DNA of 64,000 nt from Macrostomum lignano (taxonomy: Eukaryota). Below are positions 37,597 through 63,465 of this stretch, piece by piece. The notes under the pieces are model-generated. The model did not search any database. It worked only from the letters and a program-made list of their open reading frames with translations, and was not told the DNA's origin. The stretch lies in assembly GCA_002269645.1 (NCBI GenBank), contig NIVC01000020.1, positions 1,116,001-1,180,000 of the forward strand, given 5' to 3'. Position 1 is the first letter of the stretch, and each line of letters starts with the position of its first letter. Made by a program: the position numbers and the translations under genes.

Positions 37597-38098
37597 AAAC
37601 GACTCAGGCGCCTCGGTGGGCAGCGCAGCGCATCGGCAGACTCAGCGCAGAGAATGGAACTGTTGATTCCCTGCCACCTGCCAACGTGTTTAACAAGCAC
37701 CCGTTCCGGGCAGTCAGCAAATAAATGTTACAAACTGTGAAATATTGGCAAACTGCAGTCTTGTTAATAATGCAAATTAAGGCTTGAAAATGATCAGAGA
37801 GGTAAAGACCTGTAGAAATTATACCGAAAGCAAACTTCGATGCTGGCTCCACTATATATAATGTCTATTCCTACATCTCCCCACTTCCAACTCTAGTGCT
37901 GTCATGTTAGGCACCTTCAATCACCGGTTCGACCCCCTCCTTAAGACTGATGAATCCTCCCAATGAGAATCCCGAAAACTTAGGACACTTGTGTTTCTGG
38001 ACTGGATGTGGTGACGCCACTGATCAAGTCTCACTACTGTAAGCACACGTCAGCAGTCAAGTAAAGGTAGAAGCTCAAGTAAAATATATCGAAGTGCG

Positions 38099-38370
38099 AT
38101 GGGGTCGCCGAAGTGTTATTGAGCTTCTGATCGGTAGTGTAATGGGGTCGCCGAAGTGTTATTGAGCTTCTGGTCGGTAGTGAAATGGGGTCGCCGAAGT
38201 GTTATTGAGCTTCTGATCGGTAGTGTAATGGGGTCGCCGAAGTGTTATTGAGCTTCTGGTCGGTAGTTTAATGGGGTCGCCGAAGTGTTATTGAGCTTCT
38301 GGTCGGTAGTTTAATGGGGTCGCCGAAGTGTTATTGAGCTTCTGGTCGGTAGTGCAACGGGGTCACCGAA
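38099..38370. repeat. 43-bp minisatellite, ~6 copies
   Basis: Unit ATGGGGTCGCCGAAGTGTTATTGAGCTTCTGGTCGGTAGTGTA. Confidence 0.95.
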
Positions 38371-41300
38371 AGTCCGATTAAATCAGCTCTTGAATCCATT
38401 TGCATTAGAACTATGCATCGAGTGTCTACACATGCAATAATGCACATTTACTGCTATTCATGGCTTCTGGGAACGCGGGAAAATGAACTACATGCCGCAC
38501 CGATGAAGGCCGCACCGATGACATAGTCCAGGGCCTGTAAGTTTTGACGTTTTTCAGTAGAACTGCCTCGACCACCGCCTGGAACAACCCTGCGCTGCGG
38601 CAGCGCAGTCTGGTCAATATCTTACAAGAAGCTATCCAGTATGTAATATACAGTACTTGTAAATATATATGCATATGCATACTTGTAGCTCAGCTCATTA
38701 ACTAACGGTATACACTAGTGAGACCAATTCACAATGACCATTCTAATTATGTGTAAACAAATGTGTTGAAAAGCCAGCCTTGAAAAATACGAATTAACCC
38801 GAATAGGAATACAAGTACCAAATGTATGGCAACTAAACCAAACCTACTTTTGTCACTTTAGGGTATGTAGTCGCAATCTTCCTCCCCCAAGGATATAATA
38901 ATTATATATAATTAAGGACGCTTAGCTATAGGGTTCCGCGCAAGCGCCTGCCTGCAAGTCAGCAATATAGGCGATTCAGTAAGAGTGACAGTGCAGATCT
39001 GGCCGCGGCGCATGCAGTTGCTCGGTCGGCCGGTGCATCAGGGCCAGAGGGACGGCCGCGCACCGCGGCACAGGGTCCGTAGGATCAGTGGCCAAGCAGC
39101 ATCCGACGGCCCTGGTGAAGGGTACTTCTCAGGGGCGGAGCTCCAGTGCATGTCTTCAGAGTGTTGGTCGGCAGGCGCTCCAGTTAGTACACGCCAAGCG
39201 CGTAGCGCAGCAGCGATCGATAGAGCGCATCCGCGGGCTCCGCTGCTCTCGCGTGTGTCTGTCAGCGGCACAGCTATATAGCTATCCTTCATCGTTACAG
39301 GAAGGATCGGGTCTACGGCCGGGCGGAACAGGTACACCTTCAGATCGTCTCTAAAAGCTGACTTGAAGACGTTTCTGGGAAGTTGCACACCAAGCCTGGT
39401 TTTGTCGGAGACATGATGGCAATCGAGGTTGATAATTACCAGCTAGCGCCGAGATACGGGGAGTCCTCGGTACACCACGACGCCGTCTCGTTGGGGACTT
39501 AACAACAGAGTTAAAAAAATTTCAAAAATAAATTCTGGTTACTATTTTCTTCAGGAAAAAGATAAAGCAAAAAGCATCAGCCCTGTAAGCCCACCTATCT
39601 AAATATCGGTACCCCGTTGAGCTTCGGTCTCCAGGCTATTATTAAAATCTAAGTTTGCCCACTCCCTAAGGTTCTAATTATCGCCCTGTTGGCCTGTTAG
39701 CTAGAGTGCTGACGACGCCGCCTAAAACTTTACACAATTTTTTTCGATCTCAAAATAACTTTAGATTTGTTTTTCTGAATGTCTTTATATTTTTTAACAA
39801 TAACTTTTTCCGGGAAATACCACAGAGGTCAATTATTTTTTTGTCCCATTTCACCATCGTTTGACACAATTAACGCAGGAAATGAGAAGAAAGTAGACAA
39901 AATAGATTTACAATTTTTGTTCTGTATATTTAAACTAAAACATTTTTAATGCTACCTTTTGTATTTTCAGACTGTAGCTGTGGCTGATTTGATTTATCTA
40001 ATTTCTATTTTTCATTGTTGTAGACAGGCCTATTCAGTCAGTGAGTTAGCACTAAAAAAATAATTAACTAAGTTTTAGTGACTTGTGGCTCGAAATAAAA
40101 ACTTTCTAGCTAATTGATAAAGGTGAAGTTTAGCATAAGGATTCCTCAGAGAATCATTTTAAACCATTGATAACTTTAATTAAACTCGTCAGAAATTCAT
40201 CACAAATGTTATTATTGTTTTAACTTTTTATGAATTTTATGTACATTTTCAAAGAAATTTTTATTCTTTTCAGCCAAAAGTGTACCCAAGGGGGTAGTCA
40301 CCCTCCTTTGGCAGAGACCTAAAAATGAAAGATAGACTAAGTGCATTTTCCCAAAATTTCCAAATTCCAAAATATCTATCTTATCTTATCTAATCCCTTT
40401 TGGTCTTTAGCCTACTTTCCAAAGCTGCCCCCTCAACAATTCTCTAATTGTACCAATGATTTTAACACAAATCAATTGTGTTAAATATAGTATTTATTTT
40501 GTATTTATTTATCATTTGGGGTAGTAATAAATATTGTTTATTATTATTAATTATACTTTTTCTGCAATTTTTATAAAAAAACTCTAATTTACTCTAAATT
40601 ACATATAACTCTAAATTGGAATTCAGAACTTAGATCAGTAAGTAATTATTTAACTATAATAGTTAAGTATTGAAGTTAATTATATTGGATATTATCAAAT
40701 CAATGACAATATATTAGAAGTCTATATTGAAAATAATAGATAATTGCTTTATCTTCATTGTATTAAAATATAGCAAACATAGATTTTTGATAAATAATAC
40801 AAGTTTTTGCTTATTATAAATTTGTACATTATTTTATTATGGTGCTCTCTATAGTAGTCTTTTTTACTAGTATAGCATAATGCTATGTAGCATATTTTAT
40901 TGATTTTTTAGCCATGGTAGACTATATTGCTAGTCTAATTTAGGTTCAAAAGTCATTTAAAAGGAGTTGAAAGAAGGAAAAACATAGTTAAGATTAGGTA
41001 AGAACACTAAGTGTGTAATATTATATATAGGACCATGTCAAGAATAAAGCTTAGATACTAGATAAAATAATTAAAGATCTGGTTGCAAATAAACCTATAT
41101 AGTATTAATACCTTAAATGAAGTAAATCTATTATATAACTATAAATTTATAATTTCAGTAAATTAAATTAACAAAAAACTGAAAGACCTAAAGATCATAA
41201 GTGAAATAAGGTAGATAAGAAAAAATATCATACATAGTCATTGTTAGACAAATATAGCAATAAATGGCTTTTTCTGTGATAAAAATTTAGCATTAAGGAA

Positions 41301-41451
41301 TCAGATGAATTTATATACATGGAAAATGTGCTTGCACAATCATGTTATACCCAAATAATGCCCAAACATAATTTGGGTGTCAATATTTAAAGTTTTTGTA
41401 AAATACTACTTTCAGCTAAAATGCTATTTATCCATGTAATTTCATGGTGCC

Positions 41452-53889
<12,438 letters not shown>

Positions 53890-54019
53890 GCTGGCAGTCT
53901 GGGATGTAACTGGGATCTGACTGGCAAATGCCGTTAATTTTATGAACAAATTGCTAAACCAGTGAAAAAATTGGGCTGATTCATTTTTGTCCAGCGCTAC
54001 GAGTATCCTTTTCGTTTTT

Positions 54020-54625
54020 ATTGTAGGTCTTTGTTGGCTGCACTACCCCTGCTATTGTAGGTCTTTGTTGGCCACACTACCCCTGCTATTGTAGGTCTTT
54101 GTTGGCCTCAGTGACCCCTCTTATTGTAGGTCTTTGTTGGCCGCACTACCCCTGCTATTGTAGGTCTTTGTTGGCTACACTACCCCTGCTATTGTAGGTC
54201 TTTGTTGGCCTCAGTGACCCCTTTTATTGTAGGTCTTTGTTGGCCGCACTACCCCTGCTATTGTAGGTCTTTGTTGGCCACACTACCCCTGCTATTGTAG
54301 GTCTTTGTTGGCCTCAGCGACCCCTCTTATTGTAGGTCTTTGTTGGCCGCACTACCCTCTTATTGTAGGTCTTTGTTGGCCACACTACCCCTGCTATTGT
54401 AGGTCTTTGTTGGCCTCAGCGACCCCTCTTATTGTAGGTCTTTGTTGGTCACACTACCCCTGCTATTGTAGGTCTTTGTTGGCCTCAGCGACCCCTCTTA
54501 TTGTATGTCTTTGTTGGCCGCACTACCCTCTTATTGTAGGTCTTTGTTGGCCGCACTATCCCCACTTATTTTAGGTGATTGTTGGCCTCACTAGCCCCTC
54601 TTATCGTAGGTCTTTGTTGGCCGCA
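54020..54625. repeat. 32-34-bp minisatellite downstream of MROH1
   Basis: Unit GTCTTTGTTGGCCGCACTACCCCTGCTATTGTAG. Confidence 0.96.
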
Positions 54626-55334
54626 TTGGCATTGCCTGAGACCAAATTTCCCCAATCCTTCCTAATCCCAGGATTTTGCAGCTTGCCCCAGAGTTAGAAT
54701 TCGCAGCGCGCTGGCAAGCTACTATTAGTAGCGCGCATGCGTGTCAGCACTGATTCAGCAATGCTCTCATTGCCATTTCAGGCGGACAGTTTTGCTACTT
54801 GATTGCATCGATTTCCCATTAAAGTTGCAATTGTTGATTTCCAGTTTCTATTTATTTACTTCCTATGTGCCTGGCTTAATTATCAATACTTCTCTCGAGA
54901 TCGCCATGTTTTCAAGATTTGCACTTTCTTAAAAACCCAGAATCCATTCTGTTCAATACTTCGGACTTTGTTATTCAGTAGAGTTTTTATAACTTGCAAC
55001 AATTCACGCTTGTAGCTTTTGTATTTTGCTACTGATGATTGCGGATTTTTAAGTAGTATTATTCGCGCATATTCTAGACTACGGTTTTATCTCAATAGTC
55101 CATTATTCCTTTCGATGCGGCGTGCGGTTGAACGGGAGCACAGAGTAGGAGGTTCTCCAAAACGACTGTTGTGTGATGATTCCTGAATGCTATTTTTTAC
55201 AAATCCATTGTGAACATTTTGCAGATTAAGCAACACGCCATCACTAAAGACTTTGATTAATTCTGGTGTTTAAATATAATATTTGATTGTTTTCATTGTC
55301 TGTGTGTGATTTTAACTCCTTTTTTGCCAGTAAA

Positions 55335-57202
55335 TAGACTCCCGTGCTATTAGACAGACTCCCGTGCCATTAGACAGACTCCCGTGTCATTAGACAGACT
55401 CCTGTGTCATTAGACAGACTCCCGTGTCATTATACAGACTCCTGTGTCATTAGACAGACTCCCGTGCCGTTAGACAGACTCCCGTGTCATTAGACAGACT
55501 CCCATGTCATTAGACAGACTCCCGTGTCATTAGACAGACTCCCGTGTCATTAGACAGACTCCCATGTCATTAGACAGACTCCCGTGTCATTAGACAGGCT
55601 CCCGTGTCATTAGACAGACTCCCGTCCCATTTGACAGACTCCCGTGCCATTTGACAGACTCCCGTGTCATTAGACAGACTCCCGTGTCATTAGACAGACT
55701 CTCGTGTCATTAGACAGACTCCCATGTCATTAGACAGACTCCCGTGTCATTAGACAGACTCCCATGTCATTAGACAGACTCCCGTGTCATTAGACAGACT
55801 CCCGTGTCATTAGACAGACTTCCGTGCCATTTGACAGACTCCCATGTCATTAGACAGACTCCTGTGTCATCAGACAGACTCCCGTGTCATTAGACAGACT
55901 CCCGTGCCATTTGACAGACTCCCGTGTCATTAGACAGACTCCCGTGCCATTTGACAGACTCCCATGTCATTAGACAGACTCCTGTGTCATCAGACAGACT
56001 CCCGTGTCATTAGACAGACTCCCGTGCCATTTGACAGACTCCCGTGTCATTAGACAGACTCCCGTGTCATTAGACAGACTCCCGTCCCATTTGACAGACT
56101 CCCGTGCCATTTGACAGACTCCCGTGCCATTTGACAGACTCCCGTGCCATTTGACAGACTCCCGTGCCATTTGACAGACTCCCGTGCCATTTGACAGACT
56201 CCCATGTCATTAGACAGACTCCTGTGTCATCAGACAGACTCCCGTGTCATTAGACAGACTCCCATGTCATTAGAGACTCCCGTGCCATTAGACAGACTCC
56301 CGTGTCATTAGACAGACTCCCGTGTCATTAGACAGACTCCCGTGCCATTAGAGACTCCTGTGTCATTAGACAGACTCCCATGTCATTAGAGACTCCCGTG
56401 CCATTAGACAGACTCCCATGTCATTAGACAGACTCCCGTGCCGTTAGACAGACTCCCGTGTCATTAGACAGACTCCCATGTCATTAGACAGACTCCCGTG
56501 TCATTAGACAGACTCCCGTGTCATTAGACAGACTCCCATGTCATTAGACAGACTCCCGTGTCATTAGACAGGCTCCCGTGTCATTAGACAGACTCCCGTC
56601 CCATTTGACAGACTCCCGTGTCATTAGACAGACTCCCGTGTCATTAGACAGACTCCCGTGTCATTAGACAGACTCTCGTGTCATTAGACAGACTCCCATG
56701 TCATTAGACAGACTCCCGTGTCATTAGACAGACTCCCATGTCATTAGACAGACTCCCGTGTCATTAGACAGACTCCCGTGTCATTAGACAGACTTCCGTG
56801 CCATTTGACAGACTCCCATGTCATTAGACAGACTCCTGTGTCATCAGACAGACTCCCGTGTCATTAGACAGACTCCCGTGCCATTTGACAGACTCCCGTG
56901 TCATTAGACAGACTCCCGTGCCATTTGACAGACTCCCATGTCATTAGACAGACTCCTGTGTCATCAGACAGACTCCCGTGTCATTAGACAGACTCCCGTG
57001 CCATTTGACAGACTCCCGTGTCATTAGACAGACTCCCGTGTCATTAGACAGACTCCCGTCCCATTTGACAGACTCCCGTGCCATTTGGCAGACTCCCGTG
57101 CCATTTGACAGACTCCCGTGCCATTTGACAGACCCCCGTGCCATTTGACAGACCCCCGTGCCATTTGACAGACTCCCGTGCCATTTGACAGACTCCCGTG
57201 CC
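55335..57202. repeat. 20-bp minisatellite, ~93 copies, with higher-order duplication
   Basis: Unit TAGACAGACTCCCGTGTCAT. Confidence 0.98.
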
Positions 57203-57303
57203 AGTAGACGAAGGGCATTTAATGGAAATCGAATTGAAAAAAAGAAAACACTGCTGCACTACTTGAAGTAGCGTTCCCTCGAACGCCCCCTCTCCACTCA
57301 GCG

Positions 57304-60300
57304 ATGCCGTCCACCGCTCGCATCTCGAAGCTGCTGGTGGCGAACCGCGGCGAGATCGCCTGCCGGGTGATCCGCACCGCCCAGCGCCTGGGCATCGAGA
57401 CCGTCTCCGTCTACAGCGACGCAGATCGGAACGCTCTGCACGTCCGCCTGGCCAGCGAGGCCTTCCGCATCGGCCCCGCGCCCGCCAGCCAGAGCTACCT
57501 GCGGGCCGACCGCCTCATCGACGTGGCCAAGCGGTCCGGCGCCCAGGCCATCCACCCCGGCTACGGCTTCCTGTCCGAGAACACCGAGTTTGCCGAGCTC
57601 TGCGCCAGCAGCGGCGTCACCTTCATCGGGCCGCCAGCCAACGCCATCCGCGACATGGGCATTAAGAACACCTCCAAGGAGATCATGGAGCGGGCCGGCG
57701 TGCCGGTCATCGCCGGTTACCATGGCAACAACCAGGAGCCGCAGTTTCTGCTGGAACAGGCCAGGAAGATCGGCTTCCCGGTCATGATCAAGGTGCGGCC
57801 GGTTCAAATCCCCAGAATCCTGTCCTCATCCACTCTTGGGTCTCAGATCCCCAGAATTCCCAGAATCCCCGCCATTATCTATTCTTGGGTCTCAGATCCC
57901 CAGAATCCCCACCCGCTGTCCCCCACCCCCAGGCGATCCGCGGCGGCGGCGGCAAGGGGATGCGCATCGCCCGCTCCGAGGCGGAGTTCCGCACCCAGCT
58001 GGACAGCGCCCGCCGGGAGGCGTTGAAATCCTTTGGCAACGACGACGTGCTGCTGGAGCAGTGCATCGAGCAGCCTCGCCACGTGGAGGTGCAGGTGTTC
58101 GGCGACCAGTACGGCAACTACCTGTACTTCTTTGAGCGCGACTGCAGCGTCCAGCGACGCCACCAGAAGGTCATCGAGGAAGCGCCGGCTCCGGGCATCT
58201 CGCCGGAGACCCGCGTCCAGCTGGGCGAGGCCGCCTGCCGGGCCGCTGCGGCCGTCGGCTACGTCGGCGCCGGCACGGTGGAGTTCATCATGGACGCCAA
58301 GGAGAAGTTCTTCTTCATGGAGATGAACACCCGCCTGCAGGTGGAGCACCCCGTCTCCGAGATGGTCACCGGCGTCGACTTGGTGGAGCTGCAGATCCGT
58401 GTGGCCGAGGGCCAGCCGCTGCCCATGCGTCAGGACCAGGTGGGCCGCTGGGGTAGCAACGGGGTAGCAACAGCTTGACTCAGCCTGTAGCTGAGTCATT
58501 AGCTTTGTATGTAGGTGTGTCTGTAGGTGTGTCTGTAGCTGTCTGTAGCCGTCTGTAGCTGTCTGTAGCTGTCTATAGCTGTCTGTAGCTGTCTGTAGCT
58601 GTCTGTAGCTGTCTGTAGCTGTCTGTAGCTGTCTGTAGCTGTCTGTAGCTCTGGCTGTTGTCCAGTATGTAGCTGTGTCTGGAGCTGTCTGTAGCGGTGA
58701 CTGTAGCCCGTCGGTAGTTCAGCCGGCAGTTCACTCCGAACCCTCTCGCCGGCCGCAGGTCCGCCTGAGCGGGCACGCATTCGAGGCCCGCATCTACGCT
58801 GAGGACACCCCGGCCGGCTTCCTGCCCACCGCCGGCCGCGTCAGCCACCTCTGCGCCCCGGCTGCCGAGGCTGGTGCCGTCCGCGTCGACAGCGGCGTCC
58901 GCTCTGGCGACGACATCGGCGTGTTCTACGACCCGATGATCGCCAAGCTGATCGTCTGGGGCCCCGACAGGCCGGCCGCCCTGCAGCGCCTCTGCGCCGC
59001 CCTGCGCGACTACCAGATCTGCGGCCCGCCCACCAACCGGGACTTCCTGCTGGCCCTGGCCGGCCACCCCGAGTTCGCGGCCGGCCGGGTGCACACCGGC
59101 TTCATCGAGCAGCACCGGGACCGCCTGCTGGCTTCGCCGCCGCCCGGCCCACGCGAGCTGGCGCTGGCCGCCCTCGGCCTCTTCCTGCTGCGTCGGCAGG
59201 CGGCCCGCCAGGCGACCGTCGGGCTGGCCGACTTCCGGCTGAACCACGCGCACAGGGAGGCGGTGCACTTCCGGCTGGGCGATGGCCCGGGCTCCAAGGA
59301 TGCCCACCTGGTTGTTGAGGCCTCGCCTGACGGCCTCCTGACTGTCCACGGCGGCGGCGAGGCCGAGGCACTGCGGGTCCGCGCCCGCCTCCTACCGCCG
59401 GACGAGCGGGGCCGGCGCCGGGTTGTCATCGAAGAGGCGGAGGCAGCGCAGGCGGACAGCGGGAGCCGCCTTTCCGGCTTCGACTTGTTCCTGGAGGCGG
59501 ACGGCTCGGCGCTGAGCCTCTTCTTAGGCGACCGGCAGCACCTGCTGCAGGTGCGGGCGGGCTGCGCCTCAGTTCCACTGATTTGCTTATTTTGTTTTCC
59601 CGCTGCAAAATATGCTTCCCGTCTACTTTAAGTAGGCTAAAACATTGCGCAACAAAGTCTTGTTGGCTTGAGCACTAGGATGGAGCCCAAACTTTGGCTA
59701 AAAATTGATTATTAGATTTACGGGTCTGGGTGACTTAAAATGCTGAGAAATGCAATCTGAGTTCATTCTATCGGATCCCGGTGACTGAAGTGCATAAAAT
59801 TGGGATTTTTTTTGAAACTGTAGAATTGAGCTCGAGCTTGGGCACTTTAAATGAAGTGAAAAGGCTGCATTGTAGCCAAAATGGCATGGCATTTTCGGTT
59901 ACTTGTTGGCGTACTTCTCAATTTTATCTGGGATTGGGCAGCTGAGTGGGCACTGAGTGGGCACCCCTATCTCTGAGTGAGCGCCCCTATCTCTAAGTGG
60001 GCGCCCCTGTCTCTGAGAGGGCGTCATTGTCTCTGAGTGGGCGTAATTGTCTCTGAGTGGGCGCCCCTGTCTCTGAGTGAGCGCCCCCTATCTCTGAGTG
60101 GGCGCCCCTATCTCTGAGTGGGCGTAATTGCCTCTAAGTTTGCGCCCCTATCTCTGAGTGGGCACCCCTGTCTCTGAGTGGGCGCCCCTATCTCTAAGTG
60201 GGCGCCCCTGTCTCTGAGAGGGCGTCATTGTCTCTGAGTGGGCGCCCCTGTCTCTGAGTGGGCGTAATTGTCTCTGAGTGGGCGCCCCTGTCTCTGAGTG

Positions 60301-60824
60301 AGCGCCCCTATCTCTGAGTGGGCGCCCCTATCTCTGAGTGGGCGTAATTGCCTCTAAGTTTGCGCCCCTATCTCTGAGTGGGCACCCCTGTCTCTGAGTG
60401 GGCGCCCCTATCTCTGAGTGGGCGCCCCTATCTCTGAGTGGGCGTCATTGTCTCCGGGTAGGCAAGCAGATGCCCTGTCCAAGTTCACCTTGAGTGCCTG
60501 CTAGAAAAACAGCAAAAAAAAAAATTTGTCATTTTTTCGCCATCCCAGGTGGCGCCGCCCAAATGGCGCAGCGCAGTCTCGGGCGCCGCCGCCGGCTCAG
60601 GGTCCGGGGTTCGCGCCCCGATGCCGGGCGTCATCGAGAAGGTGCTAGTGTCGCCAGGACAGGCGGTGAAGGAGGGCGAGCCGCTGGTCACGCTGATTGC
60701 CATGAAGATGGAGTACGTGGTGAAGGCGCCGCAGGCGGGCTCCGTGGCCAAAGTGCTGTTCGCCGAGGGCCAGACGGTGGCCAAGAATGCGGAGCTGGTG
60801 CAGTTCGAGGCGGCCAGCAGTTGA
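57304..60824 (+). CDS. MCCC1: 3-methylcrotonyl-CoA carboxylase alpha (biotin-containing) subunit, 4 exons, 687 aa
   Basis: Exons 57304-57792, 57933-58439, 58759-59550 and 60549-60824, all phase 0. Motifs [53 protein letters not shown] (MCC-type) and AMKM (biotinyl lysine). Confidence 0.93.
58521..58700. repeat. 10-bp minisatellite in MCCC1 intron 2
   Basis: (GTCTGTAGCT)n. Confidence 0.93.
59943..60455. repeat. 20-21-bp minisatellite in MCCC1 intron 3
   Basis: Unit CTCTGAGTGGGCGCCCCT(G/A)T. Confidence 0.95.
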
Positions 60825-61576
60825 TGCTGCTGAAGGCGAATTTCTCCACTTAATAATGCGAACCACCTATTTTAGTGCGTAGCTACTAATATTTTCCAGT
60901 GTACCGCGTTCATTGCGCAGCACTAATTGCCAGGTTATTGCAGACAGATTGAGCTTATGCATGTGCAAGATTCCATTGCTGTTTAACACCCTTTCCAGCT
61001 GTCATGAATAAATAAATGTGTAGCAAGCTCGAGTAAGTAGTATAGTACGAGTATGAGTAGCTCGCAGACTTATTTCAAATTAAAATTTTCTTTGTATTTT
61101 GATCTTTTCTTGCGTATTTTATTCACAAAATGGGGTACTTAAAGGCTGCTTTTGATAGTGGCTCTTGGAAGCGTATTTTCTAGGAAAATCTTGCCGTTTT
61201 AGAGACAGTTTCGCTTCTTACTACTTTTTTACTACTTACTCGCATGCAAAGATTTTGGCTGGCCAAGTATGGTAAAAGAGAATCCAAATTGGCTGAATTT
61301 CGAAACTGTTTGGCTCTGATTGTCATCGTCTGGCAGGGGCACAAAGGTTTAGAGGTTGCGTGAACTGGCATGGCACGGTACGGCATTCATTGGGCTATTG
61401 CAAGCCTACTTTTGCGTATTTTCTATACATATCGGCAATTAGTATTTATGCTAACCAGACGTGTGCCAATGCTAAAACTGAAGTTTCTGGTATGGTGAAA
61501 TTAAAAAGGAAGTAAAGCATTTTTATAGTTAAATGTAAAAGTTTAGGCCAACTTAATATGGCAAAAATTATTCAAG

Positions 61577-61649
61577 CGACCACGCCAGGACTCGAACCTG
61601 GAATCTTCTGATCCGTAGTCAGACGCGTTATCCATTGCGCCACGCGGCC
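61577..61649 (-). tRNA. tRNA-Arg(ACG)
   Basis: GGCCGCGTGGCGCAATGGATAACGCGTCTGACTACGGATCAGAAGATTCCAGGTTCGAGTCCTGGCGTGGTCG; 73 nt, A and B boxes, ACG anticodon, T-run terminator at 61563-61567. Confidence 0.97.
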
Positions 61650-62285
61650 CTCAATCGAAGCAGTCGCAGAGCTACTATTTATAGTTGTATTCTCTGCTAA
61701 ATTTTTAAGATTCCTTTTGATAGCCAATTAAACCTTTGCCAGCTAGACATTTACCAGCTTTAACTAGATGTTTACAAGCTTAAGCTTTAGGCGCATACTT
61801 TGAACTTAAACATAGTCCGCTCGGTAGTATGACATGAACGGGCCCATTATGTGTTAAGTGTACTTGATGTGTGTGTTTATGCGCTGCTGTGCCAGCCTTG
61901 CTACCATAGACAAAATCTTTATTACATTGACAATTATATCTTGGATTAAATTTAATGCGCGTAGGCCCAAAGGGCTGCACAAAAAGCTAATCTAATCTAA
62001 TTAACCTAATTTTCTCTAACCAATTTGTCCATATTGGTTTGCTTTCGGTTTTTCTGTACTGTACTCAGTTTTTCGGTGACTTTCACCTTTTTTCGCCCTG
62101 GCCAGCGCCGGCAAACAAACTGGGACAGCCACGGGGGAGAACAAAATCAAGTCGCAGATCGAAACGAAAAGTTAAATGGATTTTTGATATATTTTCAACA
62201 AATGAATAAAGCTACAAGTGCGCACATTCAGGCGCAGTCCTTAGGAAGCTCTGTCGTCACATGCATAGCCAAAAGGCATTCATCA

Positions 62286-62951
62286 TCAAGGCAGCGCTCG
62301 CTTGACCTCGCCGTTCGAGCCGCCATAGCCGTAGCCCGGAGGCTGCTGGAAGCTCGAGTTCGGGACCGGCTGGTGCTCGTAGCCATTGTGCAAGAACACC
62401 TGCTGCTCACGAGGCACGATGCCGCCGTCTACCACATATGCAACCGCCTGCCGCTGCTGCTCCCGGTTCGGCTGCCTGTCCGGCACGCAGCAGCACGAGG
62501 CCTTGCAGGCGAAGGCGCTGTGCACTACGGCGAGCAGGAACTCGGCGGCAAGCAGAAGGCAGCAGATGACACTCATCACGAAGTTCTCGGTGCTGCTGTA
62601 CGAGCTGTGGACGCTGGAGCTCAGGGACAGAACGAAGGCGACCATGATGAGGGCAATGGCGCTGAACACGGAGGCCAGGATGCTGAACACCAGGCAGGTG
62701 ACCACGCAGCCCAGCGTGCAGCGCCGCTCGCTCTTGCCCGCCACCAGGCCGGAGATGCCCGCTCCGATGAAGAACGGTGCCGACCAGATGCCGCTGGCGG
62801 CGAAGACGGAGGTCATGTTCACTCCGGTGACTACAGCGGCGACGCTGAAGACGATGGTGAGCACCCCGACGCTGAGCTGCAGGGAGCCGAGGATCACGTG
62901 TGCTGTGAGAACCCCGGCGGGGACCCGGCTGGCATAGGTTGGATTCTCCAT
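62286..62951 (-). CDS. MS4A/CD20-like four-transmembrane protein, intronless, 221 aa
   Basis: Four hydrophobic segments, GIWSAPFFIGAGISG motif, Cys cluster after TM4, Q/P-rich tail with PPGY; TATAAA at 63003-63008 on the minus strand. Confidence 0.8.
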   Translation of the reverse strand: MENPTYASRVPAGVLTAHVILGSLQLSVGVLTIVFSVAAVVTGVNMTSVFAASGIWSAPFFIGAGISGLVAGKSERRCTLGCVVTCLVFSILASVFSAIALIMVAFVLSLSSSVHSSYSSTENFVMSVICCLLLAAEFLLAVVHSAFACKASCCCVPDRQPNREQQRQAVAYVVDGGIVPREQQVFLHNGYEHQPVPNSSFQQPPGYGYGGSNGEVKRALP

Positions 62952-63465
62952 TGGTGTCACCGCACTGAGACACTGCAGAGAAGTTGATGCCGTGCGGGCC
63001 AGTTTATATCTGGTGGGTCGGTTGAGTAAATTTGGGGTGGGGCCGCTTCGCAAGTGCACAGGCCGCCCTGGCCTCTGCGGTCCGCACGTGGCAATTTAAG
63101 CAGAGCTGCGCGCAAGGCTTGCGTCACCCATCAAGGCAGCCACTGTAGAGTCGGTTTGCTCAAGAACTGCTCAAGTAAATGCTTACAAGATATATTATTT
63201 CATTCAATAATAGTGCAGTGATAGTGATAGGGCATCAGCTTTGGGGGTGAAGGGGCTTATAGTTGGAAATCAGAGTGACTATCTTACCAAGAAGAGACTC
63301 ATTTATTCAATAAATACTGCCCATTGTCTAGTCACTGTTGTCCATATAAGGAGACAATAGTAGGAATATCATTAATAAAAACAATAAGAAAATAGTGAAT
63401 TGCCAAACAATACAAATAATACTAACCATATTTTTTACATGTATAGGAGGGTTATGCACTCAATC

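Noticed and set aside
38985-39510. GC-rich segment with a 116-aa minus-strand ORF, faintly like a LINE RT C-terminus (FKSAFRDDLKVYLFR)
   Set aside because: Stops in all frames nearby, and no RT motifs, poly(A) or TSD; possibly a decayed fragment but unsupported
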